NCBI GenBank assembly: GCA_016781485.1
Contig: JADDQH010000003.1
Location: 5,384-69,383, forward strand
DNA length: 64,000 nucleotides
DNA from: Chloroflexota bacterium
Lineage (GTDB): Bacteria > Chloroflexota > Limnocylindria > Limnocylindrales > CSP1-4
Direction: 5' to 3'
A program made the position numbers and the translations under genes. Positions 7,908-16,545 of this stretch are shown here, in pieces. Positions within the stretch are counted from its first letter, which is position 1; every line of letters starts with the position of its first letter. A model generated the notes under the pieces. It had not been told where the DNA came from. It worked only from the letters and a program-made list of their open reading frames with translations, and ran no database searches.

Positions 7908-10345
7908 CGGGATCAGGGACCGGGCACACCGGCATCGACCGCGATGAAGCGGTCGCACTCGCCGCGGTCGACTCGGGGAGCGAGCTGGAGGCGCTCCTCG
8001 GACGCGCCGTCGAGGTGCGAGCGGCGCGAGGGAACGGGGTCATCACGTACTCGCCGAAGGTGTTCATCCCCCTGACGAAGCTGTGCCGCGACGTCTGCCA
8101 CTACTGCACGTTCGCCGCACCGCCGAAGCGCGGGCAGCGCAGTTACCTCCGGTCGGATGAGATCCTCGAGATCGCCCGGGCAGGGGCCGCAGCAGGATGC
8201 CGCGAGGCACTGTTCACCGTCGGGGACAAGCCGGAGCTCCGCTACGCTGCGGCTCGTTCCGAGCTCGCGGAGCTGGGGCACGAGACTACGGTCGGTTACC
8301 TCGCCGAGGCCGCCGCCGCCGTCCTCCGGGAGACCCGCCTCCTTCCCCACGCGAATCCCGGCGTGATGGGCGACGCCGAGCTCTCCCTCCTCCGGACCGT
8401 GGCTCCCTCCCAGGGCATCATGCTCGAGAGCCTCTCGACGCGGCTCGCTGAACGCGGCGGACCCCATTTCGGATCCCCGGACAAGATCCCCGGCAGTCGT
8501 CTGGAGACGATGGAGCGGGCGGGCGTGCTGTCCATCCCGTTCACGTCGGGGATCCTGATCGGGATCGGCGAGACGCGCGAGGAGCGGATCGACTCCCTGC
8601 TGGCGATCCGTGAACTCCACCGGCGTCACGGTCACATCCAGGAGGTGATCGTCCAGAACTTTCGAGCCAAGCCCGGGACGAAGATGGCCGGTCGACCTGA
8701 GCCGACGCTCGAGGATCACGTCTGGACGATCGCTATCGCCCGTCTCATCCTCGGCCCCTTCGTCCACATCCAGGCCCCTCCGAACCTCACGGGTGAGTTC
8801 GGCCGGCTCCTCGATGCCGGGATCGACGATTGGGGTGGCGTCTCGCCGGTCACGATCGACCACGTCAACCCGGAGGCTCCGTGGCCCGACCTGGAACGTT
8901 TGCGCGCGGTGACGGCATCGCGCGGGCTCACGCTCGAGCCGCGGCTGACGGTCTACCCGGAATACGTCCGAGAAGCCGGGCGTTGGATCGACGAGGCGGT
9001 GCGACCCCGCGTGCTGAGTCTCGCCGACGGCGAGGGACTCTCGCGCGACGACGCATGGTTCGCGGGGCTGACGGCCGACGCTCCCCCGTTCACCGCCCTC
9101 TTCGCGTCAGCCGTTGCGACTGACGTCCCGATCCGTACGCGCAGCGACCTGGGCTCGATCATCGCTCGCGCTCGCCGCGGGGAGGATCTCGACGAGTCGG
9201 AGATCGTGCGGCTCTTCGCCGCACGGGGGGCGGAGGTGCTCGCGGTGACGGAGGCGGCGGACGCAGTCCGTCGCGACGTGAACGGCGACGTCGTCACCTA
9301 CGTCGTGAACCGGAATATCAACTACACGAACGTCTGCTCGTTCCGGTGTCAGTTCTGTGCCTTCAGCAAGGGGAAGCTGTCCGAGGACCTCAGGGGGCGT
9401 CCGTATCTCCTGTCGCTCGAGGAAGTCGTGCGACGGAGCGTGGAGGCTTGGGAGCGCGGAGCGACGGAGGTCTGCCTGCAGGGCGGCATCCACCCGCAGT
9501 TCACCGGTGACTTCTACCTGGACGTCTGCCGTGCGATCAAGGATGCGCTTCCGCAGATGCACGTCCACGCGTTCTCGCCGCTCGAGGTCACCCACGGCGC
9601 GACAACGCTCGGCGTCCCGATCCCCGTGTTCCTGGAGCGGCTCCGGACGGCAGGCCTTGGGAGTCTGCCGGGGACCGCCGCCGAGATCCTCGATGACGAG
9701 GTGCGGGCGGTGATCTGTCCGGATAAGCTCCGGACGGCCGAGTGGGCGGAGGTGGTGGCGGGGGCGCACCACGTGGGCGTGCCGACGACGAGCACGATCA
9801 TGTTCGGCCACGTCGAGACGTACCACGCCTGGGCTCGCCACCTCCTCGTCCTCCGCCGACTCCAGCGCGAGACTGGCGGGATCACGGAGTTCGTGCCGCT
9901 CCCCTTCGTGCACGCGGAAGCGCCGATGTATCTCAAGGGACGATCGCGAAGGGGGCCCACGTACCGGGAGGCGATCCTCATGCACGCGGTCGCGCGCCTC
10001 GCACTGCACCCACTGATCCCGAGCATCCAGGCATCTTGGGTGAAGCTCGGGCCTACGGGTGCGGCAGGCGCACTGCGGAGCGGCGCCAACGACATGGGCG
10101 GGACGCTGATGAACGAGTCGATCTCCCGTGCCGCTGGCGCGTCTCACGGGCAGGAGCTCCCGCCCGAGACGATGGAGTCGCTCATCCGGTCCGTCGGGCG
10201 AGAGCCGCGGCAGCGGACGACGCTCTATGGTGTCCCGGCTTCGGAGCAGGTCGCCCGCTCGTTCACGGCGCCGCCCCTCGCCGCGCTCATCCAGCCGGCG
10301 GACCTGCGTTACCGGCGCCCTGATCCGACGATGGCGGTCAGGTGA
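7904..10345 (+). CDS. fbiC: Bifunctional FO synthase (CofG-CofH), coenzyme F420 pathway
   Basis: Two radical-SAM motifs, CRDVCHYC and CSFRCQFC; TYSPKVFIPLT, DDWGGVSP, GGTLMNESISRAAG; GTGA overlap with ribH. Confidence 0.93.
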   Translation: MTGSGTGHTGIDRDEAVALAAVDSGSELEALLGRAVEVRAARGNGVITYSPKVFIPLTKLCRDVCHYCTFAAPPKRGQRSYLRSDEILEIARAGAAAGCREALFTVGDKPELRYAAARSELAELGHETTVGYLAEAAAAVLRETRLLPHANPGVMGDAELSLLRTVAPSQGIMLESLSTRLAERGGPHFGSPDKIPGSRLETMERAGVLSIPFTSGILIGIGETREERIDSLLAIRELHRRHGHIQEVIVQNFRAKPGTKMAGRPEPTLEDHVWTIAIARLILGPFVHIQAPPNLTGEFGRLLDAGIDDWGGVSPVTIDHVNPEAPWPDLERLRAVTASRGLTLEPRLTVYPEYVREAGRWIDEAVRPRVLSLADGEGLSRDDAWFAGLTADAPPFTALFASAVATDVPIRTRSDLGSIIARARRGEDLDESEIVRLFAARGAEVLAVTEAADAVRRDVNGDVVTYVVNRNINYTNVCSFRCQFCAFSKGKLSEDLRGRPYLLSLEEVVRRSVEAWERGATEVCLQGGIHPQFTGDFYLDVCRAIKDALPQMHVHAFSPLEVTHGATTLGVPIPVFLERLRTAGLGSLPGTAAEILDDEVRAVICPDKLRTAEWAEVVAGAHHVGVPTTSTIMFGHVETYHAWARHLLVLRRLQRETGGITEFVPLPFVHAEAPMYLKGRSRRGPTYREAILMHAVARLALHPLIPSIQASWVKLGPTGAAGALRSGANDMGGTLMNESISRAAGASHGQELPPETMESLIRSVGREPRQRTTLYGVPASEQVARSFTAPPLAALIQPADLRYRRPDPTMAVR

Positions 10346-10354
10346 CGGCGGCGG

Positions 10355-10378
10355 GGTGACCGCGCTCGCTCGGTCACC
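10355..10378. terminator. Hairpin between the convergent fbiC and phosphonate operons
   Basis: GGTGACCG-8 nt-CGGTCACC perfect 8-bp stem; no U-tract. Confidence 0.4.
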
Positions 10379-10496
10379 GTCACAAGCACAGCGCGTGGTA
10401 GTCGTCCAGACCGTGTGCGTGACGGTGCTCGCTCATCGCTCCTCGCCGCGACCCTCAGCGCGTGTGCCAGGACCGGCGGGCCGACCTACCGACGAG

Positions 10497-11648
10497 TCAG
10501 GCGCAGATGGTCTCGTACGCCCTTCGAAGCAGCGCGGCGGCGGACGCCTGCTCGACCGCCACCAGGAAGTTGTCCGCGCGTCCGGGCGCGATGAAGCTGC
10601 CCCGGAGGCCGGAGAGCGCCGCCGCACTTCCGATGTGTTGCCTCAGCTCGTCGCCGGCTCCCGCGGACCGGAATAGCGCGTAGAGGCGGTCGACGGCGTC
10701 GGCGACGGACGTGGCGGCGAGCGCCTGGACGATCAGGGCCGCGCGGTCGGGAAACTCCTCGCCGACCTCGCGCAGGATCTCGGGAAGCGTCAGGCTGCAG
10801 GCGATCCCGTGCTGCACGCCAAGCTCCGCGGTCAGCGGATACGAGATCGAGTGCGCGAGCGCCGTCCGGGTATTGCTCATCGCCAGCCCGGCGACCAGCG
10901 CCGCCGAGGCGAGCCGCTCGCGTGCATCGGGATCAGCGGGCGACTCGAGGACGGCTCTCAACGCGTCCGGGATGAGGCCGATCGCACGGATCGCAAGCGC
11001 GTCCGAGATCGGATTCGACGCACGGTTCCAGATCGCCTCCATGGCATGTGACAGCGCGTCGAACGCGGTCGCGACCGTTGTCCTGCGCGGCACGCTGTGC
11101 GTGAGCAACGGATCGACGATGGCCGACTCCGGGTAAAGGCGGGGATGCGAGATCGAGTACTTCTTCCCGGTCCTCTCATCCCAGATCGTGCCCCACATCG
11201 TCACCTCGCTGCCGGTGCCTGCCGTGGTCGGGATGGCAAGGATCGCGGGAGGAAGGAAGTCGGCGGGGAACGGCCCGCCCTCCCTGAGGTGCGCCGAAAG
11301 CCAGGCGTCGGTGCCCGCGGCATCCTGGGCCGCGACCGCCTTCGCGGTGTCGATGACGCTCCCGCCGCCGATGGCCACGATCAGCTCCGCGTCGGCTGCC
11401 CGGACCTCCTCGAAGGCCGTCGTGCACGAGAGGACCGTGGGGTTCGGCGTGACGGCGGTGTACGTCGCGACGACCAGGTCGCCCAGCGCGTTCTCGACCG
11501 TGCGGAGCACGCCGCGGCGGGCCATCCCGTCGGACGTGAGGACGATGGTGCGACGGGACCGGGCGAGCTCCGCCAGCGCGCTCAGCGCGCCCGGGCCGAA
11601 GCGGATATGTACCGGGTTGTGGAAGGTCCTGGTTCGCCCGTCGGTCAA
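10497..11648 (-). CDS. Phosphonoacetaldehyde reductase (Fe-containing alcohol dehydrogenase family)
   Basis: GGGSVID, PTTAGTGSEVT, DALSHAME, AHSISYP, HGIAC; operon context with pepM and ppd. Confidence 0.88.
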   Translation of the reverse strand: MTDGRTRTFHNPVHIRFGPGALSALAELARSRRTIVLTSDGMARRGVLRTVENALGDLVVATYTAVTPNPTVLSCTTAFEEVRAADAELIVAIGGGSVIDTAKAVAAQDAAGTDAWLSAHLREGGPFPADFLPPAILAIPTTAGTGSEVTMWGTIWDERTGKKYSISHPRLYPESAIVDPLLTHSVPRRTTVATAFDALSHAMEAIWNRASNPISDALAIRAIGLIPDALRAVLESPADPDARERLASAALVAGLAMSNTRTALAHSISYPLTAELGVQHGIACSLTLPEILREVGEEFPDRAALIVQALAATSVADAVDRLYALFRSAGAGDELRQHIGSAAALSGLRGSFIAPGRADNFLVAVEQASAAALLRRAYETICA

Positions 11649-12796
11649 CCGGGGAACCAGGACATGAACTGCTCCCTGACCTCGGCAGGCGCGTGGGCTG
11701 GCCGCCCGAGCTCCGGCGCTGAGCCGAGCGCGACCTTCACGTGCACGAGGTTGGGTCCGGTCGTGTTCATGCCCTCGGTGACGGCCGCCTCGAGCGCGTC
11801 GGCGGTGTCGACGCGCCAGATGTTCCGATAGCCGCAGCCAGCCGCGATCGTGGCGAAGTCGATACCCGAGGACACGGTCGCCTGACCGCCCGTCGACTCG
11901 TGCGCTTCGTTGTCGATGATCACGTGAAGGAAGCGAGCAGGTTGGCTGTAGCCGATGGTGGCGAGCGTGCCGAGCTTCATCAGCGCAGCGCCATCGCCGT
12001 CGAGGACGACGACGTTCCGGCTGCCGCGCCCGCCGAGATGCATGCCGAGGCCGATGCCGGACGCCGTCCCCATCGCCCCCACGACGTAGAACTGATTTGG
12101 GCGGTGGCCGAGCGTGTACAGCTCTCGTCCGATCTTTCCGGTCGTGCCGATGAGCGCCGCGCCGTCTCCGGCCGTGTCGCGAACGATCCGAATGGCCTCG
12201 ATCCGCGGCATCCGCTCCGACGGCGCGACCGTGAACGTCCCGCGTGGCGAGGCGAGCGGAGGCACCGGGTGGCGTGGCTGCTCGCTCAGCTCGTAGTCAT
12301 CGACCGCGCCCTTCCTCATCACGAACGCGTACGGACGTCCGGTCTCCGCCATGCACTCCTCGGCGCGCTCGAGGGCCGGCACGACCAGCGCCGGGTCCTC
12401 CGGGAAGAAGTCCCACGGGATCCGCATGGTCGTCAGCAGGTCACCTGTGATCTGGCCCATGAGCTCGTGCTGCGGCTCATCACGGACGCCGGGTGCGCCG
12501 CGGTGCGTGGTGATGAACAGCGTCGGGATCCGGAACGTGTAATTGAGTGACGTGAGCGGGTTGACCGCGTTGCCGAGCCCTGAGTTCTGGCAGATCACCA
12601 CGCTCTTGCGGCCGGCAAGATACGCGCCGGCCGCGACGCCGAGCGCCTCGCCTTCGCTCGCGGCGCCCACGTAGTCGACGTCGGGGCTACTGATGACGTA
12701 GTTGATGAATGGCGTGAGGAACGAGCACGGCACTCCGGCCCAGAACGAGTACCCCCGCTCGAGCGCCGGCTGGACGAAGTCGTGGGCCTTGATCAC
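11645..12796 (-). CDS. aepY: Phosphonopyruvate decarboxylase
   Basis: GVPCS, QNSGLGN, DEPQH, TTGKIGRE, TPP motif DGDGAALM..DN, HESTGGQ; GTG 12796 overlaps the upstream TGA. Confidence 0.93.
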   Translation of the reverse strand: MIKAHDFVQPALERGYSFWAGVPCSFLTPFINYVISSPDVDYVGAASEGEALGVAAGAYLAGRKSVVICQNSGLGNAVNPLTSLNYTFRIPTLFITTHRGAPGVRDEPQHELMGQITGDLLTTMRIPWDFFPEDPALVVPALERAEECMAETGRPYAFVMRKGAVDDYELSEQPRHPVPPLASPRGTFTVAPSERMPRIEAIRIVRDTAGDGAALIGTTGKIGRELYTLGHRPNQFYVVGAMGTASGIGLGMHLGGRGSRNVVVLDGDGAALMKLGTLATIGYSQPARFLHVIIDNEAHESTGGQATVSSGIDFATIAAGCGYRNIWRVDTADALEAAVTEGMNTTGPNLVHVKVALGSAPELGRPAHAPAEVREQFMSWFPG

Positions 12797-14907
12797 GACT
12801 CGATGTTCCTGCGGCCCTTGGCGTCGTACCACTGCCTGGAGTCGCCGACCACGCGCGCGAGGTTGTCGCGGCCCCCGGCGGCGATCGCCGAGAGCTCGAG
12901 TTGTGCGTCGCCGCTCACCCGGCCACCGATCCTGAGGACGAGCAACCGACCGCCCTGGCCCCGATAGCCGTGCCGAAGAGACGGCTTGGCGTATGCCGAA
13001 TCTCCCGGTGCGAGGGTGTCCTCGTATCGGTCCGTGCCGACCTCCCAGACCATGCTGACCGGGGTAGTGCCGACGTTGTAGACGTACTGGTGGAGGCCGA
13101 CGCGCAGGTCCGGCACGGCGGCTTCGTCGCGCTGCACGTTGAGCTCGAGACCCTTCGAGAACGGGAGGCTCCTCACCGGCGTGAGTTCCACCATCTCGTA
13201 TGCCGGCGCCCCGTCCGGATAGCTCCAGCGCGGTGAGTCGGCGTAGCGCTGGACCAGGACCGACTCCTCCAATACGTCGGGCACGAGCAGGTCGCGGACG
13301 CTGACGCGGAGCGCATCGGCGAAGCGTCGGAGCTCGTCCTCGGAGGGCTCGTCGCTGCCGGCCTCGAGCGCCTCTATCCGCGCCACGTGGAGCGCGGCCC
13401 GCCGCGCGAGCTCGCCGCAGGAGAGGCTGAGCCCCTCGCGATGGAAGCGCAGGAGCGACCCCATCGCTCGCTTCCGATCCGAGAAGTCGAGCACCAGCCC
13501 CGCAGCCAGCTCCGCGCCCAGCGCCGAGACCTCCTGGCGCGTCTCTCCAGCGAGCTTGTTCCCGTACGTCAGCGCCAGGATGAGGCCGAGCTCGCCGCGG
13601 TCATTCCTCCGTGAGGCGAACGAATGGGGAACGAACGGCGCGATGTACATCGAGTCGCCGGTGTCCATGACCGCGACGTTCTTTCGCCCGTCCGTCCCCC
13701 GGTAATAGAAATTCACCGGCCCCACGAAGTACGTGAACTGGTGGAGGAAGTGCCCGTTGTTCCACTGGATCGCCTGGTTCTCCGGGTCGTTGTCCTCGAC
13801 GACGCAGAGCTCCTTGATCCACTCGGGCCGGAATTGCGACAGCGAGCTCATCGCGGTGTCCCGGTACTCGTAGTAGTCCGCCCCGGCGCGCGCCATCACA
13901 CGGCTGCTCCGCTCGGAGTCCGCGGCGCGGAAGATGCGCACGCCGGTCGGGGCGTCGTCGTGGAGCAGATAGAACTCGCGCGGGCTGACCGGCCATGCCG
14001 CCGTGGCCTTGTCCACAAGCGCCGGCGGCAGCGACTTCCGCCCACCGATGATCTCCTCGATCTCGGGCAGAGGAACGCCGAGCTCTGCGGCGGCGTCCTC
14101 GGGGCGTCGCTTGAGGTCATTCAGGATCGCCCTGAAGTTCTCGCCGGTCCGTACGTCAGAAACCACTTGTCCTCCCGCCTTCCGGAAATCCTCGATCGTG
14201 TCGATCTCCCGCCACCCGCCACGGATGGTCACCGCGCGCACCTCGTGTCCGCGGTCGATGAGCTCCTGGAGCATATCGGTCAGGTACGCACGCTCCAGCT
14301 GCGCCGCCGCCTGGAACGGCCTGCCGGAGTGCGCCGCCGAGACATCGGCGAACACTCTCCGAAACGTCTGCGCGCCAGCGCGGGAGAGCCGCAGGAGGCC
14401 GATGAACTCGCCATCCGCATCGGCTTCGTCGAGATGCTTGCCGATCCTCGTGATGACCCCGTCCGTGAGGGCCACCTTCTCCGCCTGCGCGATCGGATGC
14501 TCCACCCGACCCTCGTACACCTTCCTCCAGTCGACGTCGCATACCGCCAGGAAGTCGCCCGTCGCCGACAGGAGTGTCTCGACCACGCTCGGCTCGTAGA
14601 CGATGTCCGAGTAGCTGACGACCACGTCGTCGTCGAGCTCCTCGCTCGCATACATCAGCGAGAGCAGGATGTTGTTGTTCCGGTAATCGGCGTTGAAGCG
14701 CGTCCTGACGCCGGAAAGCAACGGCGCGAGCCGGTCCGCCCGATACCCCGTGACGACGGTGATGTCGGCGATCCCGAACTCGCGGAACGTGTCGAGCTGG
14801 CGCTCGATGAGCGACCTTCCGTCCAGCTGGAGCATGCACTTCGGCTGGTCGCGCGTCAGGTGTCGCAGTCGGCTGCCCAGGCCGGCTGCCAGGACGATGG
14901 CTTTCAT
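12793..14907 (-). CDS. mpnS: Fusion of a nucleotidyltransferase (LicC/PntC-like) and a methylphosphonate synthase-type Fe(II) dioxygenase
   Basis: aa 1-~245: LAAGLGSRL..PKC, YSDI, WREIDTIED. aa ~248-704: LNDLKRRPEDAA, YYEYRDTAMS, FRPEWI, WNNGHFLHQFTYF, VNFYY, GDSMYIAPFVPH, LHQYVYN, matching the recalled MPnS sequence pattern. Confidence 0.9.
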   Translation of the reverse strand: MKAIVLAAGLGSRLRHLTRDQPKCMLQLDGRSLIERQLDTFREFGIADITVVTGYRADRLAPLLSGVRTRFNADYRNNNILLSLMYASEELDDDVVVSYSDIVYEPSVVETLLSATGDFLAVCDVDWRKVYEGRVEHPIAQAEKVALTDGVITRIGKHLDEADADGEFIGLLRLSRAGAQTFRRVFADVSAAHSGRPFQAAAQLERAYLTDMLQELIDRGHEVRAVTIRGGWREIDTIEDFRKAGGQVVSDVRTGENFRAILNDLKRRPEDAAAELGVPLPEIEEIIGGRKSLPPALVDKATAAWPVSPREFYLLHDDAPTGVRIFRAADSERSSRVMARAGADYYEYRDTAMSSLSQFRPEWIKELCVVEDNDPENQAIQWNNGHFLHQFTYFVGPVNFYYRGTDGRKNVAVMDTGDSMYIAPFVPHSFASRRNDRGELGLILALTYGNKLAGETRQEVSALGAELAAGLVLDFSDRKRAMGSLLRFHREGLSLSCGELARRAALHVARIEALEAGSDEPSEDELRRFADALRVSVRDLLVPDVLEESVLVQRYADSPRWSYPDGAPAYEMVELTPVRSLPFSKGLELNVQRDEAAVPDLRVGLHQYVYNVGTTPVSMVWEVGTDRYEDTLAPGDSAYAKPSLRHGYRGQGGRLLVLRIGGRVSGDAQLELSAIAAGGRDNLARVVGDSRQWYDAKGRRNIES

Positions 14908-14913
14908 GCTCCG

Positions 14914-16545
14914 TCACCGATACTGTCCGGCGCCGCCGAAATTCGACGCAGCGACGACGTCGTGCATGTCGTCCACGTCCAGCCAGTGGCCGCGGACGTA
15001 GACGACTTCGACCCGCCTGCCGCGCGCGAGGAGCGCATCGAAGACGTCCGCCATCCGCATGGTACGCGCGGCGCCGGTCGCCATCAGCTCCGTGCCCAGC
15101 TCCTTCAGCTGCTCCAGGCCCGACGCGGACATCTTCAGCAGGCCGATCCACTCGCCGTGCACCTGACCGGGCGGGAGCGTCGTGCTCATCTTCCCGAGGT
15201 GGGCGGTCTGATCGAACTCGCGCCAGTGGAACGGGCGGTCGCAGCACACCAGATCGCGGTAGCCGTCGCGATGCGCATCGTTCGCCGAGTCGGGGTCGAC
15301 GGCGATGCAGAAGTCCGAGTCCGACTCGAACAGCTGCATGGGGATGAACTTCTGGAAGAGGACGTCGCCGTACGCCACCAGGACCGGGCCAGAGAGCCCC
15401 TCCAACCCCTTGAACAGCGAGAAGGCCTCCTGGGTCGTGGCGTGCTCGTCGTTGTCGACGTACCGCGTATTCGGAAGCTGCAGTGCTTCCTTCCGGTAGC
15501 CGCGCACGACCGTGACGTCCTTGATGCCGATGCTCGTGAACGTCTCCATCATCCGCTCGAGAAGCGGCTTGCCCGCGATCTCGACCATCGCCTTCGGCCG
15601 ATCCTCCGTCAGGACGCCGAGCTCCTTGCCTCGGCCCGCCGCGAGCACGAGGGCCTGGGGCGCGCCCTGCCGAGCGGGGAGGTAGCGGCGCTCAGCCTCC
15701 TCCAGCTCGCCTGCGCCCTGGATCCGGAAGACCTCGCGGACGCTCACGATGCGGTCCTCGATATTCAGCAGGCTCTCCTCGCGAGAGAGCTGCTGCGCCG
15801 TCTGCTGCATCGCGGTGAGTGCGCTCCGCATGAGGTGGTTCGCCCAGATGACGACGCTGATGCCGGCCTCACGGAACACCTCGGTCGGCGTGCTGTAGTA
15901 CGTGGTCGGCACGATGACGACCGGGCAGCGGTCGCCCCATTCCTTCTTGAACGCGAGGATCTCGTCCGGGCGTGAGAGCTTGCTGTGGATGAGGATCGCG
16001 TCAGCGCCGGCGCGGTGATAGGCATCGGCCCTCCTGAGCGCCTCGGAAAGGCCCCAGCCGGCGATCAGCGCTTCCACGCGGGCGACGATGCTGAAGCTGT
16101 CATCGCGCTGCGCGTCCTTCCCCGCCTTGATCTTTCCGCAGAACTCGTCCACGTCGGCGAGTGGCTGGTTCTCGCCGATGAAGCTATTCGTCTTCGGGAA
16201 CAGTTTGTCCTCGATGGCCACTCCCGCCACGCCACGGGTCTCGAGCTTCTGGACGAGCCGCCGCATGTTGTTGAAGTTCCCGTAGCCCGTGTCACCGTCG
16301 AGCAGGATGGGGATCTTCACGGCATCGGTGACGAACTCGAGCAGGTCGAGCACCTGCGTCCAGCTCATCTCGTTGTTGTCGCGTACGCCCATCGAGGCGG
16401 AGATGGAGAGGCCGCTTCCCCACAGCCCTTCGAATCCCGCTTCCTCGGCGACCTTGGCGCTCAGGCCGTTGTGGGCCTCCATGAGGAAACTCAGCCCGTC
16501 GCGCGTCAGGATCTCTCGCAGCGCCTGCGTCTTCGATGAGTTCAT
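14914..16545 (-). CDS. pepM: PEP mutase fused to a C-terminal nucleotidyltransferase
   Basis: Diagnostic [10 protein letters not shown] (EDK-X5-NS), [17 protein letters not shown]-terminal LAAGRG..PKAM, YGDV, WLDVDD. Confidence 0.95.
   Translation of the reverse strand: MNSSKTQALREILTRDGLSFLMEAHNGLSAKVAEEAGFEGLWGSGLSISASMGVRDNNEMSWTQVLDLLEFVTDAVKIPILLDGDTGYGNFNNMRRLVQKLETRGVAGVAIEDKLFPKTNSFIGENQPLADVDEFCGKIKAGKDAQRDDSFSIVARVEALIAGWGLSEALRRADAYHRAGADAILIHSKLSRPDEILAFKKEWGDRCPVVIVPTTYYSTPTEVFREAGISVVIWANHLMRSALTAMQQTAQQLSREESLLNIEDRIVSVREVFRIQGAGELEEAERRYLPARQGAPQALVLAAGRGKELGVLTEDRPKAMVEIAGKPLLERMMETFTSIGIKDVTVVRGYRKEALQLPNTRYVDNDEHATTQEAFSLFKGLEGLSGPVLVAYGDVLFQKFIPMQLFESDSDFCIAVDPDSANDAHRDGYRDLVCCDRPFHWREFDQTAHLGKMSTTLPPGQVHGEWIGLLKMSASGLEQLKELGTELMATGAARTMRMADVFDALLARGRRVEVVYVRGHWLDVDDMHDVVAASNFGGAGQYR

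Noticed and set aside
13624..15975. Long antisense ORFs (783 aa here; also 45965-48070, 53707-55458, 24509-26116, 2079-3398)
   Set aside because: Shadow frames of high-GC genes on the opposite strand; no recognisable motifs.
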